From: Candidatus Hydrogenedentota bacterium
GTDB lineage: Bacteria; Hydrogenedentota; Hydrogenedentia; Hydrogenedentales; SLHB01
Reading direction: 5' to 3'
DNA length: 64,000 nucleotides
NCBI GenBank assembly: GCA_963674865.2
Contig: CAXXYE010000004.1
Span: 672,001 to 736,000 of the forward strand
Shown: in pieces, positions 37,963 through 47,889 of the stretch
Layout of the letters: every line of letters starts with the position of its first letter
Position numbering within the stretch: position 1 is the first letter of the stretch
The notes under the pieces: model-generated
Told to the model about the DNA's origin: nothing
Database searches by the model: none
What the model saw: the letters and a program-made list of their open reading frames with translations, nothing else
Program-made: the position numbers and the translations under genes

Positions 37963-39444
37963 ATGAGCGAAGTACGTGTACGCATTGCGCCCTCACCGTC
38001 GGGATTCCTCCACATCGGCACGGCCAAAATGGCGCTGTTCAACTGGCTTTACGCACGGAAATCGGTCGGCACATTCATCCTGCGCCTCGAAGACACCGAC
38101 GCGGAACGCACGGACGAGGCATTCGTAGAGGCCATGTGCTTAGGATTCCGCTGGCTCGGCATCGACTGGGACGAGGGGCCGGCCTTCGGCGATGAGCCGG
38201 AGAAAGGCGACCGCGGCCCCTACCGCCAATCGCACCGGCGCGACCTCCACGTCCGCGAGGCCCATCGCCTGCTCGACGAGGGCAAAGCCTACAAGTGTTT
38301 CCTCACCAAGGAGGAACTCGACGCCTTGCGTGAGCGTTCGATGGCGGGGGAGAGGGCTCCCCGTTCGGCATGGACTTGGCGCGATGCCACGCCCGACCGA
38401 GTCGCCGCCATGGGCGACCAGCCCTACGTCGTGCGCTTCAAAGTGCCCGATGGGGAAACCGTCATCCGCGACCTCGTCCAGGGCGAAGTGCGGATCAACA
38501 ACGACGAGATCGACGACTTCGTCATCCTCAAACCTAACGGCGACCCTGTCTTCCATCTGGCCGTGGTGGTGGACGACGGACTGATGGGAATCACCCACGT
38601 CATTCGCGGCGACGATCACCTCACCAACGCAGGCAAGCACGTTATGCTCTTCGAAGCGCTGTGTTACGACCTGCCGCAATTCGCCCACCTGCCGATGGTG
38701 CTCGATGAGCACGGCAAGAAGTACAGCAAGCGGATGCGCGGCGCGAACGTGCTCGATTGGCGCGATGATGGCTACCTGCCCGAGGCGCTAATCAACTACG
38801 TCGCCCTCCTGGGCTGGACGCCTGAGGAGGAGAACCGGGAACTCTTCACGCGCGACGAGCTTGTCGAAGCCTTCTCCCTCGAACGGCTGGGCAAATCCGC
38901 CGCGAAGTTCGACCTCAAGAAATTCCAATGGCTGAACGGCCAGCACATCCGGCGGCTGCCTCTGGACGTCCTGCGCGACCGGCTCATCCCCATTCTCCAA
39001 GAGGCGGGCTTCGACACCGGTGCCAAGTCCACGGAATGGCTCACGCAGATGACGGCGATCTGCCAGGAGAAACTCGCCACACTCAACGACATTGTGCGGC
39101 AAACGGACTTTTTCTTCGTGGAACCGCACGAATACGAGGAAAAAGCCGTCAAGAAACAATGGAAAAAGGACGGCGCCCTAGAGAAGATGCAGCTCATCGA
39201 GGAGGCGCTCACAGGCATCGAGGCGTGGTCGCACGACCCGCTCAAGACCGCCTATGAGCGGCTCGCCGAACAAGCAGGCGTCGGCCTCGGCCAATTCATC
39301 CACCCCACCCGGCTCGCACTGACAGGCAAGAGCGTCGGCCCCGGACTATTCGAACTGGCCGAACTCCTCGGCAAAGACGCCTGCCTCGCGCGTATTCAGC
39401 GGGCGAAAGACTTCATCCGCACGCTCGGGGAGGCCCAAGCATGA
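37963..39444 (+). CDS. gltX: Glutamate--tRNA ligase
   Basis: RIAPSPSGFLHIGT, LRLEDTD, THVIRGDDH, KYSKR, anticodon-binding GPGLFE. Confidence 0.96.
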   Translation: MSEVRVRIAPSPSGFLHIGTAKMALFNWLYARKSVGTFILRLEDTDAERTDEAFVEAMCLGFRWLGIDWDEGPAFGDEPEKGDRGPYRQSHRRDLHVREAHRLLDEGKAYKCFLTKEELDALRERSMAGERAPRSAWTWRDATPDRVAAMGDQPYVVRFKVPDGETVIRDLVQGEVRINNDEIDDFVILKPNGDPVFHLAVVVDDGLMGITHVIRGDDHLTNAGKHVMLFEALCYDLPQFAHLPMVLDEHGKKYSKRMRGANVLDWRDDGYLPEALINYVALLGWTPEEENRELFTRDELVEAFSLERLGKSAAKFDLKKFQWLNGQHIRRLPLDVLRDRLIPILQEAGFDTGAKSTEWLTQMTAICQEKLATLNDIVRQTDFFFVEPHEYEEKAVKKQWKKDGALEKMQLIEEALTGIEAWSHDPLKTAYERLAEQAGVGLGQFIHPTRLALTGKSVGPGLFELAELLGKDACLARIQRAKDFIRTLGEAQA

Positions 39445-40415
39445 AAGAACTCATCGTCGGCGTCGACCTAGGCGGCACCTTCGTGAAAACGGCCGTCATC
39501 TCGCGTGGCAAGGAGATCCTTGCAAAGGATTCGCTCCCGACACACGCGGAAAACGGCCCCGAAGGCGTCATGGACGTCATCGCCCAGGGCGTCGAGGCCG
39601 TGCTCGACGCTGCCGGGGCCGACAGGAGCGCCATCCTCGCCGTCGGCATCGGCTCCCCAGGCCCCCTAAACTGGCAAACGGGCGTGGTTTACGAGACGCC
39701 AAACCTGCCGGGGTGGGTCGATATCCCCCTCGCCGCCGCGATGCAAGAACGCCTGGGCGTGCCCTGTTTCCTCGATAACGACGCCAATTGCGCCTGCTAC
39801 GGCGAATTCTGGATGGGCGCCGGCCAGGGAGTGGACACCATGTGCTGCCTCACTCTTGGCACAGGCGTGGGCGGCGGCATCGTCGTGTTCGGCCAGTTGC
39901 TCCGCGGCATCGACGGCACCGCCGCCGAGATCGGCCACATCAAAGTCCGCCGCGACGGCCGCCTATGCGGATGCGGCTCGAAAGGCTGCCTCGAAGCCTA
40001 CGCGTCCGTCACCGGCATGGTTCGCACCGCCGTGAAGGGCATCGACACCGGCAAACAAACCGCGCTCACCGGCCTGTGCAACAACGACCTCACCAAGCTC
40101 ACGGGCAAGATGATTTCCGATGCCGCCAGCGGCGGCGACGAATTCGCCCAGTGGGTCATCCAGGAAACCGGCGTCTGGCTGGGAATAGGTATCTCCAGTC
40201 TCATCAACCTCTTAAACCCCGAGAAGGTGGTCCTGTGCGGCGGGATGATCGCGGCGGGCGAGATGCTCTTCAGCCCCATCCGCGAGACGGCCCAACGACT
40301 CAGCTTCGAGGTGCCCGCGAATCGCTGCGAGATTGTCCCCGCGGCGCTTGGCGGCGATTCGGGCGTATTGGGCGCGGCGGGATGCGCCGCATCCCGCATC
40401 GAAGGACAAGCATAG
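39441..40415 (+). CDS. ROK family sugar kinase (glucokinase-like)
   Basis: GVDLGGT, NDANCA, TLGTGVGGG, EIGH, CGCGSKGCLEAYAS. Confidence 0.93.
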   Translation: MKELIVGVDLGGTFVKTAVISRGKEILAKDSLPTHAENGPEGVMDVIAQGVEAVLDAAGADRSAILAVGIGSPGPLNWQTGVVYETPNLPGWVDIPLAAAMQERLGVPCFLDNDANCACYGEFWMGAGQGVDTMCCLTLGTGVGGGIVVFGQLLRGIDGTAAEIGHIKVRRDGRLCGCGSKGCLEAYASVTGMVRTAVKGIDTGKQTALTGLCNNDLTKLTGKMISDAASGGDEFAQWVIQETGVWLGIGISSLINLLNPEKVVLCGGMIAAGEMLFSPIRETAQRLSFEVPANRCEIVPAALGGDSGVLGAAGCAASRIEGQA

Positions 40416-40438
40416 ACAATCCGCCCGGCGCGTGTGGT

Positions 40439-41082
40439 CGTCCTGCTATTCGCAGAGGAGAGAGCGTAGCAAGAGAGGGACTGATGCAAGCGAGCGAGTC
40501 CCCGAGCGAGACGTGTCTGTCCCTACTCTTCGTCCTGCTACTCGCAGGGGAGAGAGCGTAGCAACAGAGGGGCTGATGCAAGCGAGCGAGTCCCCGAGCG
40601 AGACGTGTCTGTCCCTACTCTTCGTCCTGCTATTCGCAGGGGAGATGGCGTAGCAACAGAGGGACTGATGCAAGCGAGCGAGTACCCGAGCGAGACGTGT
40701 CTGTCCCTACTCTTCGTCCTGCTATTCGCAGGGGAGATGGCGCAGCAACAGAGGGACTGATGCAAGCGAGCGAGTACCCGAGCGAGACGTGTCTGTCCCT
40801 ACTCTTCGTCCTGCTATTCGCAGGGGAGATGGCGTAGCAACAGAGGGACTGATGCAAGCGAGCGAGTACCCGAGCGAGACGTGTCTGTCCCTACTCTTCG
40901 TCCTGCTATTCGCAGGGGAGATGGCGCAGCAACAGAGGGACTGATGCAAGCGAGTGAGTACCCGAGCGAGACGTGTCTGTCCCTACTCTTCGTCCTGCTA
41001 TTCGCAGGGGAGATGGCGTAGCAACAGAGGGACTGATGCAAGCGAGCGAGTACCCGAGCGAGACGTGTCTGTCCCTACTCTT
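40439..41082 (+). repeat. Tandem array of 7 x 92-bp units (GGGACTG family)
   Basis: Units start at 40439, 40531, 40623, 40715, 40807, 40899 and 40991; only a few substitutions between units. Confidence 0.97.
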
Positions 41083-41127
41083 GCGAAGCGGGACGCGGAT
41101 GGTGGCCCCCAGCGGAGGTAACGCCTT

Positions 41128-42063
41128 TTGATCCTTACCGTTACGCCAAACCCATGCGTGGACAAGACCGTCTTCATCGACAAGCTAGAAGTCGGCACGT
41201 TCATGCGCTCGCCCAAGTGTACCTGCATCCCAGGCGGCAAAGGCACGAATGTATCCCGGGCCGTGAAGGCGCTGGGCCGGCCCACAAAGGCCATGGTCAT
41301 CGTCGGCGGCCACCCCGGCGCCCACGTGGTCGAGATGATCGAGCGCCAGGACGGCGTCGAGTGCCTCCCCGTCTGGGTGGCCTCGCAAACCCGCACCATT
41401 ACAACGGTTCTGGAAGAGCCCATCCACCGCCAAACCGCGTTTTTCGAGCCAGGCTCACGCGTAACCGATGACGAGGCAGTCCAAGTCAAACAGACCTTCC
41501 AGGAGGCCGTCGCGGGGGCCAAGGTAGTCACCTTCAACGGCACCGTCTGCGACCCGGCTATCAGCCACCTGTACCGCGACCTCATCCCCGTGGCCAAACA
41601 GGCCGGCGCCTTGACCATCCTCGACTCCCACGGGGCCGAATTGACCCAGGGCATCGATTCCGTACCATACATGGTGAAGCCGAACGTGGCTGAAGCCGAG
41701 GAGCTTCTGGGACATACCCTTGAGAGCGACGAAGCGAAATGGCAGGCCGCTAAGTGGTTTCACGAAAAAGGGATAAAGCTATTCGTGCTTTCCTTGGGCG
41801 CGCAGGGGGCCATCGTCAGCAACGGAACGGATGTGTTCCAGGTTGTTCCGCCAGCCGTCCGCGAGGTCAATCCTGTCGGAAGCGGCGATGCACTCGTCGC
41901 CGGATTCGCCATCGGGCTTATGGAAGGAATGTCCCTCGAGGAAATGGCCGTCCTGGCCTGCGCCGCCGGAACCGCCAACGCCATGTCATGGGACATCGGC
42001 CACTTCGCCCCTGGCCAAGTCGCCGAACTGGCTGGACAGGTTCAGGTGCGTCGCATCCAGTGA
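41128..42063 (+). CDS. 1-phosphofructokinase family hexose kinase (PfkB/LacC)
   Basis: ILTVTPNPCVD, GGKGTNV, KPN, VGSGD; TTG start after GGAGG. Confidence 0.92.
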   Translation: MILTVTPNPCVDKTVFIDKLEVGTFMRSPKCTCIPGGKGTNVSRAVKALGRPTKAMVIVGGHPGAHVVEMIERQDGVECLPVWVASQTRTITTVLEEPIHRQTAFFEPGSRVTDDEAVQVKQTFQEAVAGAKVVTFNGTVCDPAISHLYRDLIPVAKQAGALTILDSHGAELTQGIDSVPYMVKPNVAEAEELLGHTLESDEAKWQAAKWFHEKGIKLFVLSLGAQGAIVSNGTDVFQVVPPAVREVNPVGSGDALVAGFAIGLMEGMSLEEMAVLACAAGTANAMSWDIGHFAPGQVAELAGQVQVRRIQ

Positions 42064-42147
42064 GGCTGCCAGGAAGGCTCCCAGAGTTCTTCAAGTGATA
42101 TCGCCGCGTCCCCGCCCCTCGCCGTACGGCACGACTCTCACCTGCCC

Positions 42148-42498
42148 CTATTCCTGGACCTCCAAGCTGTCGAGTAGAGAGCGGAACCGGGCGTGGAGGG
42201 GAGGCAGTTCATGCTTGATGACGGCCCAGACAATACTGAGGTCGACACCTGCGTATTCGTGAATGAGCTTGTCACGCATTCCCGCCATGCGTTTCCATGG
42301 CACCTCTGGACTCTTGGCGCGGAGGTCGTCCGGTATGCGCTTGGCCGCTTCACCCAAGACCTCCAAACTGCGCAGGACGGCGTTGCTCGTTTTCCGATCC
42401 CGTGTGAATTCCTCGAAGGTCATGCCCTCGGTGAAGGTCGCGGTCTCCTCAATAGCGGCCAGAGCGTCTTCGAGGTAGTCGCGGCAGTCGCGCTTCAC
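42148..42498 (-). CDS. hepT: HepT-like HEPN toxin (DUF86)
   Basis: LEVLGEAAK, PW..MAGMRDKLIHEY (RxxxxHxY). Confidence 0.92.
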   Translation of the reverse strand: MKRDCRDYLEDALAAIEETATFTEGMTFEEFTRDRKTSNAVLRSLEVLGEAAKRIPDDLRAKSPEVPWKRMAGMRDKLIHEYAGVDLSIVWAVIKHELPPLHARFRSLLDSLEVQE

Positions 42499-42794
42499 AG
42501 TATCTGCACCTCGTCGAGAATACGCCGGCCGATATGTGGCTTGAGCGCCGCCTTGCTCACCAGGTCAACCTTCCCGCCAAGCCATTCGCCGAGTCGTTCC
42601 TCGAGTTCCAGGAACTTGAAAAATCCAACAGGCCGCTCGAACTCGACCAGGATATCAATATCGCTGCTGTCGGCAGCCTCCGCCCGGACACATGAGCCGA
42701 ACACACCTATGCTCGACACGCCATAGTCCTTGGCCAGTTCTCCCCGGCGCCTACCCACGACGGCCCGTATCTCTTGCAGAGTCGGCAGTCCCAT
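42495..42794 (-). CDS. mntA: MntA-like minimal nucleotidyltransferase antitoxin
   Basis: FGSCVRAEAADSSDIDILVE, KVDLV; 4-bp overlap with the toxin gene. Confidence 0.92.
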   Translation of the reverse strand: MGLPTLQEIRAVVGRRRGELAKDYGVSSIGVFGSCVRAEAADSSDIDILVEFERPVGFFKFLELEERLGEWLGGKVDLVSKAALKPHIGRRILDEVQIL

Positions 42795-42964
42795 ATTGCT
42801 CAGTAGGCCTTTCTATCTCCTAGGATAGGCTGCCGCCTTTCGGCACCCACGACGTGATCCCGACCAACTATCATAAGCAAATGATAGCACACCATGCGCA
42901 CCCTTCAGCGAAAACGCCGCCTTCTCGATGAAGTCGACGCGCACTGCCCGGCATACCCGGATTT

Positions 42965-43972
42965 CTATGCCCCAGTATGGAAATCCCGCAGTTCCACCAC
43001 CAGAGCCAGGACATTGGGCGCCGGACTCCCCATACGCACGGCATCCTTCTCGGTGACGACGATGGCTTCGGCTTGGGGCAAATCCTCAGCCGTGAAAGGC
43101 CGGTGGTCGGTGAAGGCACAGCGCGCCGTGACAACCGCGCCCAAGTCTTCAAGCGTGGCGAAGAACGCCTCGGGATTGCCGATGGCGCACGCAGCGAAGA
43201 CCTCCTTCCCAACAATATGCTCAAGCGGCAGAGGTTCACCGTCCGCGACACGCCAAAGCCCTGTGGGAGCGTGGCGCGTCTGCCGCAGCGGCGCACCGGG
43301 GCAGAGTTCCTCGACCTTCTCCACGGTGCGGGCAAGGTCGGCCGCCTGATCGCACCGCGTCAGGATAATCTCCGTAGCCCGGCCCATCGCCTCCAGCGGC
43401 TCGCGCAGAATGCCCCTCGGCATGAGACGCCCATCGCCGAACGGCTTGGCCGCGTCGATCACCAAAACATTCTCGTCCCGCGCCAGCCGGACATACTGGA
43501 AGCCGTCGTCGAGAATGAGCGTGTCGCAGCCATATTCTTCGATGGCCGCACGCGCCGACGCGACGCGGTCGGCCCCCTTCATGATGCGCACCTCCGGCGC
43601 CTTTCTGACAATGAGGGCGGGCTCATCCCCAAACGCTTCGGCCACGTCGCTGGACGCGCCCCCCTCGGCGCGATACGTGGCGGGGCAAACCTGTCCGGAG
43701 GTCCCGTATCCGCGCGTGAGCACGGCCACCTTCTTGCCGGCCGCTACCTCCGCCCGAGCCCGCTCGATTACGGCGGGCGTCTTGCCGGTACCGCCCACGG
43801 TGATGTTGCCGAAGCTGATGACATGGGCGTTCACCCGCACGCGCGGGCGCCGCATGCGCCACCACATGCCCAGCCGCCACACCGGCGTGAGGGCCGACAG
43901 CAAAGCGGCGGCAGGAAGGGGGAGGGATTCTCCTCGACGAACCTTGTCGGCCAGTGTGGTGCGCGATCTCAT
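42965..43972 (-). CDS. lpxK: Tetraacyldisaccharide 4'-kinase
   Basis: GNITVGGTGKTP, TRGYG, GDEP, LDDGFQ, PRGILRE, TEKDAVR. Confidence 0.95.
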   Translation of the reverse strand: MRSRTTLADKVRRGESLPLPAAALLSALTPVWRLGMWWRMRRPRVRVNAHVISFGNITVGGTGKTPAVIERARAEVAAGKKVAVLTRGYGTSGQVCPATYRAEGGASSDVAEAFGDEPALIVRKAPEVRIMKGADRVASARAAIEEYGCDTLILDDGFQYVRLARDENVLVIDAAKPFGDGRLMPRGILREPLEAMGRATEIILTRCDQAADLARTVEKVEELCPGAPLRQTRHAPTGLWRVADGEPLPLEHIVGKEVFAACAIGNPEAFFATLEDLGAVVTARCAFTDHRPFTAEDLPQAEAIVVTEKDAVRMGSPAPNVLALVVELRDFHTGA

Positions 43973-45120
43973 CGAGGGGCAAATCGTTTTCCGCTGAACT
44001 GCCGCACCAACCCCTTGAGTTCCAGCACCGTCAGCGAACTCAGCGCCTCCGACACGGGGATGCGGCACGACGCGGCGATCTCGTCAATATAGGAGCCGTC
44101 CGGAGATAGGGCGGACAAAACGTTGCGCTCGGTTACGCCCACCGGCGTCGCGGACGCCTCGGGAGCGGGCGCTTCCGGCGGCTTGGACGCGGGGCGTTCG
44201 CCTTGCTCCCCCTCGGCTGCAACCGGCTCCAACACCGGCAAAGCCTCCGGGATATCCAGCTCCGCCAGAATATCCTCGACGGACTCCACGAGCTTGGCCC
44301 CCTCGCGGATCAGCGCGTGCGGGCCGGCGCTATTGCGCACACCTATCTGCCCCGGCACCGCGAACACCTCACGGCCTTGTTCCGCCGCGTGCCGGGCCGA
44401 GATCAACGCGCCGCTCTGCGCCGGGGCTTCGACCACCAACGCGCCCAGCGTCAGGCCGCTGATCACGCGATTGCGCTGCGGAAAATGCTGCGCCAGCGGC
44501 TCCGAGCCCATAGCGAACTCCGACATGACGCACCCGCTCTGGATAATCCGCTCCATGAGTTCCGCATTCTGACGAGGATACACCACGTCGACGCCGCAAC
44601 CGAGAAGGGCAATCGTTCTGCCTCCGGCATCGAGCGCCCCGCGATGGGCCGCGGCGTCGATCCCGGCGGCCATGCCGCTGACAACCGTGATGCCGCGGGC
44701 GGCCAGTTCGGCGCCGAACTTCTCCGCCATGCGGATACCATAAGGAGTGGGCCGCCGCGTGCCAACGATGGCGACACAACGCTCATCCTGCTCGCGCAAC
44801 TCGCCCCGGACAAACAGCACCAGCGGCGGATCATAGATCTCCGCCAAACGAATGGGATAGGCCGCGTCTTCGAGCGTGACAACGGACACATCGTATTCCT
44901 GGATAAGCCGCTCCTGACGCCCCAGGTCCACAACATCCGCGTACTGCCCGATCCGATCCGCCAAGGCAGCGCCCACGACCTCCTTCAGGGCGGCATACGG
45001 CGCCGCCAGCACCTCCCCCGGCGTGCGAAAGCGGGCCAACAGCCGGATGAAATGAGTCGTCCCGACGCCCGGAACCATCACCAGCGTCAGCCAGTCCCGC
45101 TGTTCTTCCGTGAGCCTCAT
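43969..45120 (-). CDS. dprA: DNA-processing protein DprA
   Basis: AIVGTR, VSGMAAGID, FPQRNRVISG, GREVFAVPG, C-terminal winged helix. Confidence 0.96.
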   Translation of the reverse strand: MRLTEEQRDWLTLVMVPGVGTTHFIRLLARFRTPGEVLAAPYAALKEVVGAALADRIGQYADVVDLGRQERLIQEYDVSVVTLEDAAYPIRLAEIYDPPLVLFVRGELREQDERCVAIVGTRRPTPYGIRMAEKFGAELAARGITVVSGMAAGIDAAAHRGALDAGGRTIALLGCGVDVVYPRQNAELMERIIQSGCVMSEFAMGSEPLAQHFPQRNRVISGLTLGALVVEAPAQSGALISARHAAEQGREVFAVPGQIGVRNSAGPHALIREGAKLVESVEDILAELDIPEALPVLEPVAAEGEQGERPASKPPEAPAPEASATPVGVTERNVLSALSPDGSYIDEIAASCRIPVSEALSSLTVLELKGLVRQFSGKRFAPR

Positions 45121-45344
45121 GCTGAGACTATAGCATTCTTGCCCGTGTTTTGCCTATCTATAGACCATGGTCGGATAGCTCGACGGCGCCGGGGACAGCC
45201 CCCTCGGCGGGCATGCACAACGATGGAATCTGCTATACGCCCCACGATGCTAAGAGGAACCGCGCGCCGCAAGAACCTCCGAGCACCCGCCACAGCCCCC
45301 GCCGCAGATTGATGCCGCCCCGCGGGCGGCGGTAGGATAAGCCC

Positions 45345-46553
45345 ATGAAAGAAGCACGCCTGCACATCACGGAAGGCATGCGGCGTTTTCTCGACTATCC
45401 GAGGTTCGCGGGCCCCACGCGCCTGCTCATCCTCGAAACGCAGTACTTCTTCGACGCAAGCTGGCGGCGCGCCGCCGAATCGCTAGGCTGGGCGGTGGCC
45501 TCCGTGCCCTCTGCCATGGTGGGCGACCTGCCCATCGAGCACGTCCGCACGCTCTTCACCACGCTGGGCGAGTTCAAGCCCGATTTCATCCTCACCTCGA
45601 ACTACGCGGGGATGGATCAGGAAGGCCTGTTCTCGCGCTTCTTCGAGGACGCGCGCATCCCCTACGTGAGCTGGTTCACGGACACGCCCCGCATGATCCT
45701 CTACGACCGGAAGCTCTACACCTCGCACTACGCCGTCGCCGCCACCTGGGAGAAGGCGTACACCCAGCACTTTCGCGACCTCGGCTTCGAGCACGTGTTC
45801 CATATGCCCCTGGCAACCGACCCCGCGTTGTTCTCCGGCCCGCCGGCGCATCGATTCGACCGTCCCGTGGGCTTCGTCGGCGCACCAATGATCAAGGAAG
45901 CAAGCGAGGCATGGGACATCCTCCGCCACCTCCCCGACGTGCAGGCCGCTATCCGAAAGACGCTCGACGAGGGCCGCGCGACACGAACCAATTTCACCGA
46001 GGGCGTGCGCGCCCTGCTGGAGGCCCGTTACCTCGATGGGCGCACGACCAGCGAGTTGCGTAATATCGAACTCTGCTTCATCTACGAGGCCACCCGCCGC
46101 CAGCGCGAGGCGATGGTGCAGCTACTCGAACCGCTCAACATCGAGGTGCGAGGCGATGAAACATGGCGCCGGATTGCCCGGAATGCAGGAGGGGCTGTCG
46201 GCTACTTCGACGATTTGCCCAAGTACTACCGCGACACGGCGGTGAACCTCAACACGACCAGCCTTCAAATGGAATATGCCGTCAACCAGCGCGTGTTCGA
46301 CTGCCCCGCCGCGGGTGGATTCCTCCTGACGGACGCCCAGCCGGACTTGGCCGAATTCTTCGACCCCAAAACCGAGGTGGCCACCTATGAGAGCGTTGAG
46401 GAACTTCCGGACGCGGTCGCACACTACCTCGAACACCCGAAGGAAAGGTTAGAGATCATCCTCCGCGCCCAACGCCGCATCACAGCCCATCACACCCACG
46501 CCCACCGCCTTCAATCCCTGGAAACCTACCTCAAGGAGCGGTATGCTGGCTGA
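45345..46553 (+). CDS. CgeB-like glycosyltransferase (DUF3880 + GT-B C-terminal domain)
   Basis: SWFTDTP, PLATDP, VNQRVFDCPAAGGFLLTD, HTHAHRL. Confidence 0.85.
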   Translation: MKEARLHITEGMRRFLDYPRFAGPTRLLILETQYFFDASWRRAAESLGWAVASVPSAMVGDLPIEHVRTLFTTLGEFKPDFILTSNYAGMDQEGLFSRFFEDARIPYVSWFTDTPRMILYDRKLYTSHYAVAATWEKAYTQHFRDLGFEHVFHMPLATDPALFSGPPAHRFDRPVGFVGAPMIKEASEAWDILRHLPDVQAAIRKTLDEGRATRTNFTEGVRALLEARYLDGRTTSELRNIELCFIYEATRRQREAMVQLLEPLNIEVRGDETWRRIARNAGGAVGYFDDLPKYYRDTAVNLNTTSLQMEYAVNQRVFDCPAAGGFLLTDAQPDLAEFFDPKTEVATYESVEELPDAVAHYLEHPKERLEIILRAQRRITAHHTHAHRLQSLETYLKERYAG

Positions 46554-46611
46554 CGCATGACACGGCGGGTCGCCGCCACGCGTAGAGATCCCGGCAGAGA
46601 CAAAGACACGC

Positions 46612-47886
46612 ATGAGCCGAAAACGACGCGAGAAGAACCTATGGTGGACCTGCGGCGCGGTCTTCCTGCTCATTCTGCTGGGCCGCGCCGCCGTCGAACT
46701 CGGAGGAACCACCAGCGAAACACCGGAGCCGCCGCCCGGCGCATCCGCCAAGATCGCTCAACCTTCGCCCGAAGCCGCCACTGAGCCGGACGTGGCCCTC
46801 GCGCCCGACCCCGGCCCGGCCACCGACAGTGTGGCCGCGCTCGAACGGCTCCAGGCAGCGCGCCAAATCGTCGACGTACACGAGCACATCGAATCCATCG
46901 AGCAAGCGCCCACCTACCTCGCGGCCATGGATCGCCTCGGCATCGAGAAGATCCTGCTCATGGGCAGTTCCTGGTTCACCATCACCCTCGACGAGCACGT
47001 CGGATTCACGCGCTACGACTGGAACAATGACCAACTGCTCGAGATCGTAGCCCGCTATCCGGGCCGATTCGAGGCATGGCCCACCGTCTGCCCGGAAGAC
47101 CCGGACGCGCTGGCCAGATTCAAGGCTTATGTCGGCCGCGGCGCGACCGGACTCAAGCTCTACGCAGGCCACGGCTACCTCAGCGCCGACACGCACGAGT
47201 ACATGTTTCACACCATGGCTATGGACGACCCGCGCCTCTTGCCCCTGTACGCCTTCTGCGAAGAAAACTTCATCCCCGTGTGCATCCACGCCAATCCCGG
47301 CCCCACGCGCCCAGGCTTCGCGGAGGAACTCGTCGCCGTCATCGAGCAATTCCCGGACATGAAAGTGGACTGCCCCCACTTCATGCTGTCATCCATCAAC
47401 TTCTGGCAATCACCCGGCAAAGACTCGAGACTCTGTGAGTTCTTTGACACATTCCCCAATCTCTACACCGACATCAGCTTCGGCCGAGCCTTCATGGAGG
47501 CCGGTTTGAAACGCATTTCCAAACACCCCGAGAAATTCCGGCGCCTGTTCGCGGAGTATCCCGACCGCATCATGTTCGGGGCCGACCTCGTCCTGACCGA
47601 GGTGGATTTCAAGACGGAGCAGTGGGTGCACGATCAGTTTCGGGCCTACCTGGACATGCTCACGCGTGAAACGTACACCACGCCGCTCATCGCCGGCGAG
47701 ACGCTACACGGCCTCTCCCTGCCCGGCGCGATTCTCGAGCAGGTGTTGTACAAGACCTACGAGCGCTTCGTGTCGAAACGGCCCCAAGGAACCGAGATCA
47801 CCCGCAGCATCGTTTGGGAAAACATGGGCGTGAAGTACACCGGACGACAACCCGGGGAGGCCCTGCCGCCACCCAAAGGCAAGTAA
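46612..47886 (+). CDS. Membrane-anchored amidohydrolase_2 family protein
   Basis: IVDVHEH, GLKLY, PVCIH, PHF, YTDIS, RIMFGAD; N-terminal TM. Confidence 0.85.
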   Translation: MSRKRREKNLWWTCGAVFLLILLGRAAVELGGTTSETPEPPPGASAKIAQPSPEAATEPDVALAPDPGPATDSVAALERLQAARQIVDVHEHIESIEQAPTYLAAMDRLGIEKILLMGSSWFTITLDEHVGFTRYDWNNDQLLEIVARYPGRFEAWPTVCPEDPDALARFKAYVGRGATGLKLYAGHGYLSADTHEYMFHTMAMDDPRLLPLYAFCEENFIPVCIHANPGPTRPGFAEELVAVIEQFPDMKVDCPHFMLSSINFWQSPGKDSRLCEFFDTFPNLYTDISFGRAFMEAGLKRISKHPEKFRRLFAEYPDRIMFGADLVLTEVDFKTEQWVHDQFRAYLDMLTRETYTTPLIAGETLHGLSLPGAILEQVLYKTYERFVSKRPQGTEITRSIVWENMGVKYTGRQPGEALPPPKGK

Positions 47887-47889
47887 GGC

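Noticed and set aside
40300..41041. Series of 75-aa ORFs on the minus strand
   Set aside because: Artefacts of the tandem repeat, shifting frame with each unit
40439..41082. CRISPR array
   Set aside because: Whole 92-bp units repeat with no unique spacers, and no cas genes are in the window
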